A stretch of 63,678 nucleotides of DNA, filler included, from an uncultured Methanosarcinales archaeon (GTDB lineage: Archaea; Nanobdellota; Nanobdellia; Woesearchaeales; CAYZNE01): the NCBI GenBank assembly GCA_964405295.1. It is 14 parts of 14 records of this genome, joined end to end, with 100 filler letters (N's around TTAATTAATTAA, not from the genome) between each part and the next. Parts side by side here need not be neighbours in the genome. Positions count along the whole stretch, not along the records: positions 15,033 to 19,843 come from CAYONI010000045.1; positions 19,944 to 24,652 come from CAYONI010000046.1; positions 24,753 to 29,261 come from CAYONI010000047.1; 11 more parts are not named here. One strand, given 5' to 3'. How positions within the stretch are numbered: the stretch's first letter is position 1; the number at the start of each line of letters is the position of its first letter. Made by a program: the position numbers and the translations under genes. Positions 17,920-28,122 of the stretch are shown one piece after another. The notes under the pieces are model-generated. The model was not told the origin of the DNA and did not search any database. It was given only the letters and a program-made list of their open reading frames with translations.

Positions 17920-18343
17920 AATGGAAGAGAAGAAGAAGACTCATCTTGATATTGATCATAACACTCTTGTTGGTAAAATATACAATATGTTTGCTGATCT
18001 ACGTAAAAACGGATGTTACTGGCATCCAAGTAGCAGTGAGTGGGAACTTAATCTATACGCCCCTGAAAAGGTTGTGCCAGTTACTGTAGAGATAGTCAGA
18101 ACATTTACAGAAAAAGAGTGGAAAAATGAAAAGAGTAAGGGCGGTGAAAAGTATTATGGATATTATAAATGCTATGATATACGGGATAAGCCCCATCCAG
18201 AAAGAGTAGTTATGATATGGCCATCAAGAGGTCAATTTGATATGTGCTTCCCTGCAGGTGCTATGTATAGCCAGAAAAGAGGACATGGGATAATAGTAGT
18301 GTTAAAAATAACAGAAAGAGAGGTGCTTAAATGTCAAGAATAG
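17897..18343 (+). CDS. Phage hypothetical protein
   Basis: Packed co-oriented ORF. Confidence 0.65.
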   Translation: MEKKERAKMEEKKKTHLDIDHNTLVGKIYNMFADLRKNGCYWHPSSSEWELNLYAPEKVVPVTVEIVRTFTEKEWKNEKSKGGEKYYGYYKCYDIRDKPHPERVVMIWPSRGQFDMCFPAGAMYSQKRGHGIIVVLKITEREVLKCQE

Positions 18344-18585
18344 TATATTGCCCGGCTGGTGGGATGGATGGAATCTTAGTAACACTAGCTGAGCTAGAGT
18401 CTTTTGCTGAATTGATTGGTTGTATGTTAACTACATATATTCCTTTACCAGAGGGGAATAATGTTCACACTGTACATAATTGTGAAGATGAGGCTTATAG
18501 GGCTGCAAGATACTGGGAAATAGAAGATGTTGGTAAGCATGGATGGTGTTGTCCTATATGTGGTAAAGTAACTCAGTGGGGGTAG
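18331..18585 (+). CDS. Phage hypothetical protein with CPIC motif
   Basis: GAGGTG RBS; packed ORF. Confidence 0.6.
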   Translation: MSRIVYCPAGGMDGILVTLAELESFAELIGCMLTTYIPLPEGNNVHTVHNCEDEAYRAARYWEIEDVGKHGWCCPICGKVTQWG

Positions 18586-18586
18586 T

Positions 18587-18910
18587 ATGGGTAAAAAGAA
18601 AGAACGTGTAGTATGCGAAGTATGCGGCAAACATGAAGCAGTAACAAAGAATTTCAGAAAGGACGGTGTAAAAAGTGAAGAGTGCACGTGGTGTTCTGGG
18701 TTAAGTGATTCGGCAGTAGCTAATATTATTAAAGATAATCTGGATCCATTAGATTTTTATGAACTAGATTATGATAAAATGAGCGCTGAAGATTTGGAAA
18801 ACTTTAAAAACGATCTTTTTGAAATTATTTTAGAGAAACATGAGAACAGTAAAGATATTTCTAGAATGTTAGAATGTGAACGAGCTTTAACGCTCAAAGA
18901 AACCGGGTAG
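18587..18910 (+). CDS. Phage zinc-ribbon hypothetical protein
   Basis: CEVC...CTWC. Confidence 0.6.
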   Translation: MGKKKERVVCEVCGKHEAVTKNFRKDGVKSEECTWCSGLSDSAVANIIKDNLDPLDFYELDYDKMSAEDLENFKNDLFEIILEKHENSKDISRMLECERALTLKETG

Positions 18911-18918
18911 GAGGAGTA

Positions 18919-19281
18919 ATGAAATCAAGCAGGATAAAGAGGTTTTGGCTTAGGCTATGGATCGACAAGAATGAGTTTTATATTAAAGATTGCATTAGAC
19001 ACTATTGTTATTTCAATAAAATAAATTATGAGTTATGGGATCTGATCAGCATCAAGGTAAAAACTTATAGGAAAAAGATTTTAGTAACAATAACTGCTCA
19101 GCGTCCTGGTATAGTTATAGGTAAAAAAGCTGTAACAATTAATGGGATAAAAGAGTATCTTACTGAACAAGTAGATAGACCTATCAAAATAAATATAATA
19201 GATTATGATGTTTGGAATCATAAAGGACTTTATTATCAGCATGCTATGGTGGACCGAAAAAATGTTAAGAGGAAAAAATGA
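18919..19281 (+). CDS. Stand-alone type II KH-domain protein (ribosomal protein S3-like)
   Basis: VTITAQRPGIVIGKKAVTINGIKEYL...IKINI matches the uS3 KH motif. Confidence 0.75.
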   Translation: MKSSRIKRFWLRLWIDKNEFYIKDCIRHYCYFNKINYELWDLISIKVKTYRKKILVTITAQRPGIVIGKKAVTINGIKEYLTEQVDRPIKINIIDYDVWNHKGLYYQHAMVDRKNVKRKK

Positions 19282-19652
19282 ATAAGAAAGAATTTGCAGA
19301 TTATCTTAGACCTAAAGCCGAAGAGATAGAGGATTTTATTAAAAATAATATGCCGGATAAAGGGTTAAAATGTGAAGATAGTCAGAGGCTATGTCTTCTT
19401 AATATTATGATGGAATTTGGGCGTGGCATTAATGGGACAACAGAGGATGACTTTGTTATAAAAACATATGAAAAAGCAAAAAGAGAACCGGAATACGATA
19501 AAGAAGGGACCGCCTGGCCGTGGGCTGTGGGTAAGAGCACTTACGACGAATTTGGAGAGTATATAGAAGGCTCTAAAGAATTAATATATCATGCATCGGA
19601 GGAAGCTGCAGAGTTGGGCATCGAAAAAATTAATGATCCAGAAATATCTTAG
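19278..19652 (+). CDS. Phage hypothetical protein
   Basis: Packed co-oriented ORF. Confidence 0.6.
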   Translation: MNKKEFADYLRPKAEEIEDFIKNNMPDKGLKCEDSQRLCLLNIMMEFGRGINGTTEDDFVIKTYEKAKREPEYDKEGTAWPWAVGKSTYDEFGEYIEGSKELIYHASEEAAELGIEKINDPEIS

Positions 19653-19661
19653 GGAGGGTAT

Positions 19662-19843
19662 ATGAAAGCAGTATTTAGATATCGTGATGCTAGTAATTAT
19701 AAAGATATTATTACCATTGATTATAACCCAGTGGCATATCCAGCTATGGTTGGGTTGCAGCCAGATGATGACGTGGAGATGTCTTCAGTTGGTGTTACTT
19801 ATGATGATATTCCGATGATAGTAAGTTTTGGAGTAGATAAAGA
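19662..19843 (+). CDS. Phage hypothetical protein (partial)
   Basis: GGAGG RBS; cut by contig end. Confidence 0.55.
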
Positions 19844-19943
19844 NNNNNNNNNNNNNNNNNNNNNNNNNNNNNNNNNNNNNNNNNNNNTTAATTAATTAAN
19901 NNNNNNNNNNNNNNNNNNNNNNNNNNNNNNNNNNNNNNNNNNN

Positions 19944-20996
19944 TTCGTTCATGGACTTAAAACTTGGGACTATATAATAACTATTATTCCGATTGAAGAT
20001 ACTCAAGATATAATAAAAATTGTATCTTCGTACAATTATTATGTATACCTCACTGCAACTGTAATTATTTTCCTCTGGAGCTTTAGATTATCCAGCATCT
20101 TATCTAACCCTATCAGGAACATTGATCTTGTCTCTCGGGAAATCGCTAATCTAAATTTCAATGTGGAAGCACATGAATATAAAAATAAAGAAAGTGCTTC
20201 ATTATCTCGGAGTATTAACCTAATTTCAAAAAACTTAAAGGAGACCCTCGAGACTCTGAATACTAAAAATAAAGAGCTTACAACCCTTTATGATGATCAG
20301 ACAAAACAAGTATCTCTTAAGAAACAATTGGTATCATCAATTTCGCATGAGTTAAAAACACCATTAATGATTATGCAGGTTATTATTCAAGGTATTTTAG
20401 ATGGAGTAATCCCTACAGATGAACAAGAAAAGGAATTGTTGAATGTCGTTGATGAGATAAACAAATCATCTACAATGATTCAAGATATGCTCCAAATATA
20501 CCGTTTAGATAATGCTAACACTGAACTAGAAATCAGTGAATTCAACTTATCTGAATCAGTGGAATTCTTCATTGAAGACTTTGAACATGTAATTAATAAA
20601 TATGATTTCAAACTTGATTTAAAACTGTCCAAAGCAGTATTTATAGAGGCCGATAAGATGTTAATTTCAAGAGCAATATCAAATTTCTTTACAAATGCTA
20701 TGAAATATACTGATAAAGGAGAAAAAATCTATATTGAAGTCTCCGAAGACGAGGATAGAGCTTATTTTGAATTAACCAATTTTGGTTCTAATATAAAAAA
20801 AGACGATTTAGAAAATATTTGGATTCCTTTCTTTAGAACAGAAAAAGAAGGAACTTCAAGACTGAAAAATCGAGGTACAGGTATTGGACTCTATTTAGTA
20901 AGTGAAATTTTAAAAGCTCACAACTGTGAATTCGGTATAGAAAATATCGAAAACGGAGTTAAAGCATACTTCTATATAAATAAAAAAGTAGATTAA
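19944..20996 (+). CDS. Sensor histidine kinase (5' partial)
   Basis: SHELKTPL H-box, NAMKY N-box and GTGIGL G-box. Confidence 0.92.
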   Translation, partial: FVHGLKTWDYIITIIPIEDTQDIIKIVSSYNYYVYLTATVIIFLWSFRLSSILSNPIRNIDLVSREIANLNFNVEAHEYKNKESASLSRSINLISKNLKETLETLNTKNKELTTLYDDQTKQVSLKKQLVSSISHELKTPLMIMQVIIQGILDGVIPTDEQEKELLNVVDEINKSSTMIQDMLQIYRLDNANTELEISEFNLSESVEFFIEDFEHVINKYDFKLDLKLSKAVFIEADKMLISRAISNFFTNAMKYTDKGEKIYIEVSEDEDRAYFELTNFGSNIKKDDLENIWIPFFRTEKEGTSRLKNRGTGIGLYLVSEILKAHNCEFGIENIENGVKAYFYINKKVD

Positions 20997-21008
20997 TATC
21001 TACTTTTT

Positions 21009-21785
21009 TTATATCATCTTAAGTTTCTTAAATACTTTGTAGAATCCATCATTATTAACATCATCTGCGATGATGTCCGCGGCTTCTTTAAGAAGTTTTT
21101 GAGCATTACCCATAGCTATTCCACAGTGAGCAAATTTAATCATTGAAATATCGTTTAGACCATCTCCAACAGCAATTGTATCTTCAATACTAATGCCTTT
21201 TTCTTCTATTATTCTTTTCATTCCAATTTCTTTCATTCCACCAGCTGCGTTGATATCAATACCGTATTTATTTGAAAAATGAAAACTTAATGTGGGAAAC
21301 AATTCCTCAAATCTTTTGTAATCATCTTTTGTATAAAACATCACCATTTGGTAAACATCATTTTCCAAATGATAATTATAATGTACCTCAGGTTGCTTAA
21401 GATGATAAACCTCGCTAAATTTTGAAGACAAACCAGTAATATCTGTATTTAGTACATAATCTGTCATACTTTCAAAAGCTAAATCAATTTTCTCTTTTTC
21501 TACTAGTTTTACTAAAGTATCTACGACTTTTTTATCAATGTACTCACTATGAATTAATTCATCTTTATATACAACTATTCTACCATTTGAAGCAATATAT
21601 GAATCAATATTAAGTGTTTTATCGATACCATAAAATAGCGCAGGAGCCCTTCCTGAAGCTATTATTATCTCATGCCCTTTTTCTTGCAGTAAATTTATTG
21701 CTTTCTTTGTCGATTCCGGAATACTGTTAGTTGAGTGATCAATTATTGTTCCATCAAGATCGATGAAAATATATTTCTTATTCAC
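21009..21785 (-). CDS. Cof-type HAD-IIB hydrolase
   Basis: DLDGT, ASGR and GDGLND motifs. Confidence 0.92.
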   Translation of the reverse strand: MNKKYIFIDLDGTIIDHSTNSIPESTKKAINLLQEKGHEIIIASGRAPALFYGIDKTLNIDSYIASNGRIVVYKDELIHSEYIDKKVVDTLVKLVEKEKIDLAFESMTDYVLNTDITGLSSKFSEVYHLKQPEVHYNYHLENDVYQMVMFYTKDDYKRFEELFPTLSFHFSNKYGIDINAAGGMKEIGMKRIIEEKGISIEDTIAVGDGLNDISMIKFAHCGIAMGNAQKLLKEAADIIADDVNNDGFYKVFKKLKMI

Positions 21786-22014
21786 TTTTTATTAGTTCCA
21801 ATACTTTTTTGTATTTAAGTTTCCCTAAACCAACAACTTTTTCGTTGATTACTAGCGCAGGAGTACTCATAACATCGTATTTCATAATATCGACATATTC
21901 CTCAACTTTGATAATTTCTGCTTCGATTCCAAGTTCTCTACACGCTGAAGAAACATTATTGAATAGAACTTTGCAATTTGAACATCCTCCACCTAGTATT
22001 TTAATTTTCATCAT
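21778..22014 (-). CDS. Small thioredoxin-family protein (MTH895-like)
   Basis: IKILGGGCSNC...VMSTPALVIN. Confidence 0.9.
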   Translation of the reverse strand: MMKIKILGGGCSNCKVLFNNVSSACRELGIEAEIIKVEEYVDIMKYDVMSTPALVINEKVVGLGKLKYKKVLELIKSE

Positions 22015-22020
22015 TTAAAC

Positions 22021-22160
22021 CACTCCTATTATTTTATTAAAAACATACCAGATTAATATAATATCTACTGTTCTAATTTCAATAGATATCCATACTAACT
22101 TAGGTTTAATAGCCTCTTTTAATATCATTATAATTGTTAAGAAAGTGCTGTAATAACCCT
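22021..22160 (-). pseudogene. Remnant of ArsP-like permease C-terminus
   Basis: VITALS* then, in another frame, IMILKEAIKPKLVWISIEIRTVDIILIWYVFN; lies between arsR and thioredoxin. Confidence 0.55.
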
Positions 22161-22213
22161 CGTAATACTCATCAGTTCCAAGACTACTTAAGGTCCTTAT
22201 ATAGCCGAATAGA

Positions 22214-22492
22214 TTACATTATCAAATATTTGATTAGTGCTTCATTATCATTAAGGAACTCTTCCTTAATACTATATTTTACCATGTTCTTCATTCTTCT
22301 TGACTTTATAATATCAAGATCCTTAAATTTCTTTAAATGTTTAGAAGTATTTGCCTGCTTAATTCCAAGTAAATCTTCAATTTCACAAACACATAACTCA
22401 TCATATTCTAATAGCTTCATAAATATGTTAAATCTGTTCTGATCTGAGAGTAATTTTACAACCATAAATTTGTCCATTTTTTCGGCCTCCAT
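22214..22492 (-). CDS. arsR: ArsR/SmtB regulator
   Basis: ELCVCEI...QANTSKHL. Confidence 0.88.
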   Translation of the reverse strand: MEAEKMDKFMVVKLLSDQNRFNIFMKLLEYDELCVCEIEDLLGIKQANTSKHLKKFKDLDIIKSRRMKNMVKYSIKEEFLNDNEALIKYLIM

Positions 22493-22559
22493 TACTTAGT
22501 AGTAATATAACTATAAAGTAATATTACCATGTAGTAATAAAGATATCAACCATAAAAAA

Positions 22560-22673
22560 ATATCTCTTCTCAAGCATCCCCACTCACATAGATAGAAAAC
22601 TTAAGGCTGCTTCGTTCCCGACCTGACCTAATTCGTTACCAGCTATTGAATGAGAATGATTGAAAAGAGATAT
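22560..22673 (-). ncRNA. ffs: Small bacterial SRP RNA
   Basis: GGTCAGGTCGGGAACGAAGCAGCC domain IV inside a long hairpin (TATCTCTTTTCAA...TTGAGAAGAGATA); downstream of tadA as in Bacillus. Confidence 0.92.
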
Positions 22674-22682
22674 ATCCTATTT

Positions 22683-23132
22683 TTATTTGTTCCTTTTCTT
22701 TTTGAAGAAGTCTGTAATTATTTCTCCACATTCATCTTCCATGATCCCATGTTCTACATTTACTTTATGATTAAATTTAAGATCAAATAGATTTGTTACA
22801 CTTTCATGTGCTCCAGATTTTATATCTTTCGCTCCATAAACAACATTTTCTATTCTCGATTGTATAATCGCTCCCGCACACATTGGACAAGGTTCAATTG
22901 TAACATATAGTGTACAACTGTCAAGTCTCCAGCTTTTTAGTAATTTATTTGCTTTTTCAATTACATTTATTTCAGCATGCCCTGTAGCCAGATTTGATTT
23001 TTCTCTAGTATTATGTGCTTTTGCAATAACTTTACCATCTTTAACTAATACTGCGCCAACTGGAACTTCGCCCTTTTTATAGCCCTTTCTGGCTTGTTTT
23101 AAGGCTAGTTTCATATACTTATTATGATCCAT
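22683..23132 (-). CDS. tadA: tRNA adenosine(34) deaminase
   Basis: GEVPVGA, HAE and EPCPMC. Confidence 0.93.
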   Translation of the reverse strand: MDHNKYMKLALKQARKGYKKGEVPVGAVLVKDGKVIAKAHNTREKSNLATGHAEINVIEKANKLLKSWRLDSCTLYVTIEPCPMCAGAIIQSRIENVVYGAKDIKSGAHESVTNLFDLKFNHKVNVEHGIMEDECGEIITDFFKKKRNK

Positions 23133-23742
23133 TTGCTTTTCTTATTTTTCCCTTATGTGGGTTAGGTTTTCTGTACACTTTATGACACGAACGGCATCTT
23201 GCTTCATATGATTCCTCTGCTCCAATCAAAACAATTGGATCTATATACCTTGCAGGTTTTCCATTTACTATTCTTTGCGTTCTTGTAGCAGGACGCCCAC
23301 ATTTAACACAAATGGCAGTTAATTTTGTAACATATTCTGCTAACGAAAGTAATTTAGGCATAAATCCAAAAGGTTCACCTCTAAAATCTCTATCTAATCC
23401 ACTAACAATTACTCTAATTCCTTTACTAGCTAGATATTCAACAATTTCCACGACTTCAGAATCCAAAAATTGAATTTCATCAATGGCCACAACTTCTGTC
23501 ATATCATCTATATATTCAAAAATTTGTCTAGCGAATGAAATATTAACAGATTTAGTTCTTCTATCACTATGTGAAACAACTTCTCCATCTGAAAATCTAT
23601 TATCCATAAGAGGTTTGAAAACAACAATGTGTTTTTTGGCATACTCTAGTCGTTTAACTCTTCTTAGTAATTCTTCAGTTTTACCAGCAAACATTGGGCC
23701 AGTGATAACTTCAATCCAACCATCTTTTTGATTTAAATACAT
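23122..23742 (-). CDS. tdk: Thymidine kinase
   Basis: GPMFAGKTEEL, IDEIQF and YEARCRSCH. Confidence 0.96.
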   Translation of the reverse strand: MYLNQKDGWIEVITGPMFAGKTEELLRRVKRLEYAKKHIVVFKPLMDNRFSDGEVVSHSDRRTKSVNISFARQIFEYIDDMTEVVAIDEIQFLDSEVVEIVEYLASKGIRVIVSGLDRDFRGEPFGFMPKLLSLAEYVTKLTAICVKCGRPATRTQRIVNGKPARYIDPIVLIGAEESYEARCRSCHKVYRKPNPHKGKIRKANGS

Positions 23743-24034
23743 AATTCCACCCCTTTAATCAACTAACATTATGATACAATAAACACGCTAAAAAAACAAT
23801 AATTATTTCAAAAATACAATCGCAATTAAACAAATATTATTTTATATTATAAAATAATAATTTTCGTAAATTATAAAAATTACAAAAGCCTTTTCTTACC
23901 CCTTTAGAACGCCTCAATAAAGGTGGCAAAAGCTATTTATAATTTTAATAAACTGCTTAATAAAATTATATAAAGTCTAACAATTATGTTATAATAGTTT
24001 GAAATCTAAAATATATTTTGAGTAAGGAGAAAAA

Positions 24035-24520
24035 ATGGGGAAAAAATTTGAAATATTAGAAGAAAAAAAGCAGGAATTACTTAATGAAATTAAAGAACAT
24101 TTAAAAAACCCTGGACCACTACTTCCTATACTACATGAGGCACAAAGGATTTTTGGTTGCATCCCAATTCCAGTACAAAAAATAGTATCAGAAGCAACAG
24201 GAACTTCTATTGCTGAAATAAACGGAATTGTTACATTTTATTCAAGTTTCTCACTTTATCCAAAAGGTAAACACACTGTTGGAGTTTGTTTAGGAACTCC
24301 TTGTTATGTTAGAGGAGCACAAACAATTCTTGATTCAGTAAAAAGAGAACTTGGTATTAATATCGGAGAAACTACCAAAGATGGATTTATCACTTTGGAA
24401 ACAATTAGATGCATTGGAACATGTGGTATGTCACCAGTAATGAGTTTCGATGAAAATGTATATGGTGAAATGACAGTAACAAAAGCAAAAAAAATAATTA
24501 AAGATGCGAGGGCAAAATAG
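24035..24520 (+). CDS. NuoE/HydC-like 2Fe-2S subunit
   Basis: VCLGTPCYVRG and RCIGTC. Confidence 0.88.
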   Translation: MGKKFEILEEKKQELLNEIKEHLKNPGPLLPILHEAQRIFGCIPIPVQKIVSEATGTSIAEINGIVTFYSSFSLYPKGKHTVGVCLGTPCYVRGAQTILDSVKRELGINIGETTKDGFITLETIRCIGTCGMSPVMSFDENVYGEMTVTKAKKIIKDARAK

Positions 24521-24652
24521 TGGAAATAAATAGCGTACTAAATCTGCTAGAAGCTAAACAATACAACTTAGAATGCCCTAAATGTATTAAAGAAATTAAT
24601 TATGCATTTGTTTGTGATTTAATGAGTGATGCTTTAATGTTACTTAAACAAA
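24520..24652 (+). CDS. DRTGG-domain protein (partial)
   Basis: AFVCDLMSDAL motif. Confidence 0.7.
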
Positions 24653-24752
24653 NNNNNNNNNNNNNNNNNNNNNNNNNNNNNNNNNNNNNNNNNNNNTTAA
24701 TTAATTAANNNNNNNNNNNNNNNNNNNNNNNNNNNNNNNNNNNNNNNNNNNN

Positions 24753-24876
24753 CTTGTCCAAAAGGAACATAAGTTTCAGTTGAGGCAGAATGTGCTGTTG
24801 GAACACCGTCCCATTGTGCAACTTGTTCATAAGCATATAAAGCATAAGTGTTTGCTCCCGAGATAAAATTATTCAT
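24753..24876 (-). CDS. Putative major tail protein, N-terminal fragment
   Basis: MNNFISGANTYALYAYEQ...YVPFGQ after a GGAGGT RBS; position after the tail terminator-like gene. Confidence 0.55.
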
Positions 24877-25005
24877 CTTGTTTTTTACCTCCTTCTAATT
24901 TTTTTATTTTTAACCATGCTAATCTTTTCAATTTGATTTTATCTTCTTTAGATAAAACCTTGTCTACATATCCAGGTATTTTCTTATTTATTTTTTTATG
25001 TGTTC

Positions 25006-25653
25006 TCATGATTCAAATATAAACCTCGCCATTATGTCTTGATTTCTTTGTAATATTTTGTTTTTTCCAAATGGTGTTATTAATAATGGTCCCATTGTAG
25101 TTACTGTTAAAAATGGAATATAAAAAAAGTTCTTTTTATTATCTAATATATCTGATCTTACTGCTGCAATCATATTTTCAACATTTGTTTGTTTTGCGTC
25201 ATAACAAACAATTGTAATGATATATTCTGATTGTGTCGGAGTTGCACCAATTCCAAATTCAGATGTTGCTCCTGATATAATATCTACAGAAATTCTTGGA
25301 AAGTCTGATATGTTTAAATATGGTTGTGGAAAATCTGGAAATAGTCTATCTGTACTTCCCTGGTCATAATTAATTGTATATGCTCCAGTTTGTGCTGCAA
25401 TAAATGTTATAACTCCAGTTGAATAATTAACTGTATAATCAGTTCCAAAAGTTAATGCAGTTGTAGCAATTGTAATATCTCTAACATTTTTTACTAACGT
25501 TGGATTAGTTGCTAATGTATGTGTGCTTGCTGAAGCAAAAGTTCCAGTATCTTGTGATGTTGTAACACCTCGGTCACTAATAGAAATAAGATCTTGATTA
25601 CGTAAGAAAACTATAAGCTCTTGCTTTATATCCATTATTGATGTTTTTGCCAT
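25006..25653 (-). CDS. Tail terminator-like virion protein
   Basis: FPRISVDII motif with a beta-rich insert; gene order. Confidence 0.55.
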   Translation of the reverse strand: MAKTSIMDIKQELIVFLRNQDLISISDRGVTTSQDTGTFASASTHTLATNPTLVKNVRDITIATTALTFGTDYTVNYSTGVITFIAAQTGAYTINYDQGSTDRLFPDFPQPYLNISDFPRISVDIISGATSEFGIGATPTQSEYIITIVCYDAKQTNVENMIAAVRSDILDNKKNFFYIPFLTVTTMGPLLITPFGKNKILQRNQDIMARFIFES

Positions 25654-25716
25654 GATTATTTGTCGTCCTAACTCTCTTGAGTTTCATAAGACACATAAAT
25701 AAAATAAAATTATTAT

Positions 25717-26136
25717 TTATAAAACCATCAATCTTTTATTTCTTTTTATTATCTTTGGAAGTTCAGTATGAAGTGTAGGACGAAGAAAGGGATTTGGTCT
25801 TGGACCAAATAATGTTATATGCTTTGCAATGTTTTTAGAAATAACTTCAGTTGCTCTTTCCTTATTTTTACCTTTATAATTTTCTAATATTTTTGCTTCA
25901 ACCCAATCTCTTAATTCTTCTGGAGAAGTTGGATTCGGCAAACCATATTCTATATACTCAAGATAATGATTCATTGTAATAACTAATTTATTTCCATCAA
26001 CAATTACTCTAACACTACTCATACCAGATCCAGTAAATTTAATTCCTAATTTTGCAAGTTTATCTTTAATAGCTTCTTGCAGTTCAATAGCTACTCCCCA
26101 AAAAAATTTATTTAATTGCTCTTCAGTATAAGTCAT
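25717..26136 (-). CDS. HK97 gp10-like tail completion protein
   Basis: YLEYIEYG...GPRPNPFLRP. Confidence 0.7.
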   Translation of the reverse strand: MTYTEEQLNKFFWGVAIELQEAIKDKLAKLGIKFTGSGMSSVRVIVDGNKLVITMNHYLEYIEYGLPNPTSPEELRDWVEAKILENYKGKNKERATEVISKNIAKHITLFGPRPNPFLRPTLHTELPKIIKRNKRLMVL

Positions 26137-26519
26137 TCTTCTAAAAATAGATTTGCCGTAGTATAAGTAAATGATGTTCCAGTACCCGTAGAATCAAACG
26201 TCCCGGGAATTGAATATGCTTCCTTAACTCGAAAATTTTTTCCCTCCACTGTTATTTTATCATTCTTTACAACACCATCAGCATATTTTGCTAACATTAC
26301 AGCATCTCCTTGTTGCATAAATCCCATTTTATCATAATCCCATTTTTGGCTTGTTCTCATAAAATATGCCTTAATTGTTACAGCTGTTCCATCAGCAATT
26401 TTAGCTTCACCAGTTATGTTTGATACTGTTCTTACTGCGGGAGTGTGTGTTATAATTCTACCTGCGTAGTTATTAAGAACATGATCAAAATCTGCTGCTG
26501 TAAATATGTCTTGTGTCAT
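26133..26519 (-). CDS. Head closure/stopper-like protein
   Basis: NDKITVEGKNFRV pattern; gene order. Confidence 0.55.
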   Translation of the reverse strand: MTQDIFTAADFDHVLNNYAGRIITHTPAVRTVSNITGEAKIADGTAVTIKAYFMRTSQKWDYDKMGFMQQGDAVMLAKYADGVVKNDKITVEGKNFRVKEAYSIPGTFDSTGTGTSFTYTTANLFLEE

Positions 26520-26521
26520 TT

Positions 26522-26914
26522 TTAATGTGTGTGTAATTTAATTGAATCAAAAGGTGCTTTCTTGTCTTCTTCTTTTACAACTTCTTCAGTCTTAGGTTCT
26601 TCTGTAACTTTAGGTTCTTCCTTTACAACTTCTTCCTTTACAACTTCTTCCTTTACAACTTCTTCCTTTNNNNNNNNNNNNNNNNNNNNNNNNNNNNNNN
26701 NNNNNNNNNNNNNNNNNNNNNNNNNNNNNNNNNNNNNNNNNNNNNNNNNNNNNNNNNNNNNNNNNNNNNCAACTTCTTCCTTTACAACTTCTTCCTTTAC
26801 AACTTCTTCCTTTACAACTTCTTCCTTTACAACTTCTTCAGTTTTAGGTTCTTCTTCAGTTTTAGGTTCTTCTTTTATAACTTCTTCAACTTTTTCTATT
26901 TGTTTTTCAGTCAT
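26522..26914 (-). CDS. KEEVV tandem-repeat protein (spans gap)
   Basis: 15-bp tandem repeat on both sides of a 100-N gap. Confidence 0.65.
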   Translation of the reverse strand: MTEKQIEKVEEVIKEEPKTEEEPKTEEVVKEEVVKEEVVKEEVVKEEVXXXXXXXXXXXXXXXXXXXXXXXXXXXXXXXXXXKEEVVKEEVVKEEVVKEEPKVTEEPKTEEVVKEEDKKAPFDSIKLHTH

Positions 26915-26930
26915 TTTTGTTTTTCCTCCC

Positions 26931-27806
26931 TTATCCAAATAATGCATATGGTCTATAAGATGGTTGTGTTCTCATATCACCGCTTACTTGACCTGTGCTT
27001 TGTGTTCCATAAACTATGCCTCTTGCTTCACCCTGCAAGAAATTTAATGATGCTTGAATATTAGTATAAGGTTCTCCTTTACTTCCTGTAAATCCACCGG
27101 GTAATGATACTGATGTAAAATCATCATAGGTTCCTGCAATTTGTGCTGTTAGGGTTCGAACTCCAGCAATGCAAATACATAGCCTTTTGATTATTTGTGG
27201 TAATGGATAAACACCATAAATATAAGTTAAATTAACTAATTGTGGTGTACTATTTAAAAATACTCCACTTTCTGCACTTGTACTTAATAATAATTTTCCT
27301 GAATTTTTATATTGATAAACATTAGAAGGTGTTACAGATACAGAATTTATTGTTAATGAGTTTAAATTAATTAATGGTTGAAAATTTATAAACATTTCAT
27401 CTAATCCTGACCCATCAATAGTTTCATCTTTATATCCTAATTTAATAATTCTATAAGTTGATGTTACATCTGGTGCTGTTGTTACAGCATTAAATGTTAA
27501 TTTAGTTGAAGTATTAGATTGAATTTCTGAATATTGACCAGAACCGGTTCCACCATAAATCCAAACAATATAACCTATGTATTCATCTGTTATCCATGTT
27601 TCTCCAACATTTGATAAGGTTGTTGTAGAATAATCTCCATCAGCTGTTCCTGATTGTTCAATACTTCCAAATTTAGTTTTATAAATATTTTCAATTTCTT
27701 CTTCTGAATCTTTAATAAATTTTTCAATAACAGTATCTTGTAATGGAGATCCATCTGATGGAAAATTAATTGCATCCTTAACTTCTTGTGTTGTGCAAAA
27801 ACTCAT
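26931..27806 (-). CDS. Head-tail adaptor/connector
   Basis: FCTTQEVK N-terminus and LTYIYGVYPLPQIIKRLC. Confidence 0.7.
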   Translation of the reverse strand: MSFCTTQEVKDAINFPSDGSPLQDTVIEKFIKDSEEEIENIYKTKFGSIEQSGTADGDYSTTTLSNVGETWITDEYIGYIVWIYGGTGSGQYSEIQSNTSTKLTFNAVTTAPDVTSTYRIIKLGYKDETIDGSGLDEMFINFQPLINLNSLTINSVSVTPSNVYQYKNSGKLLLSTSAESGVFLNSTPQLVNLTYIYGVYPLPQIIKRLCICIAGVRTLTAQIAGTYDDFTSVSLPGGFTGSKGEPYTNIQASLNFLQGEARGIVYGTQSTGQVSGDMRTQPSYRPYALFG

Positions 27807-27808
27807 TT

Positions 27809-27997
27809 TTATTTCTTACCTCGCTTTTTAATTTTAATTACAGGTTTAGATTTTTCTATAGGTTCTACTATTACTGGTTCTTCAACTATAGACTTTCGCT
27901 TAGCTAAATAACCTTTTCCTTCATGATCTAATGCAACATAATATTCTGGATTTACATCTTTATCTATTACATTACCTGTGTTTGTTTTTAGTGCCAT
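27809..27997 (-). CDS. Small viral protein
   Basis: GGAGG RBS; packed ORF. Confidence 0.55.
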   Translation of the reverse strand: MALKTNTGNVIDKDVNPEYYVALDHEGKGYLAKRKSIVEEPVIVEPIEKSKPVIKIKKRGKK

Positions 27998-28122
27998 TTA
28001 CTTTTTCCTCCTTGTGTTGTTTCTTCTCTTTTTGTCAAAATAAAAAAATTGAATAAATTTTATCAATATTCCCAATGCAAGTCCTATAGCAATTGTATCT
28101 TGAATGCTTAAATATTTTTCTA

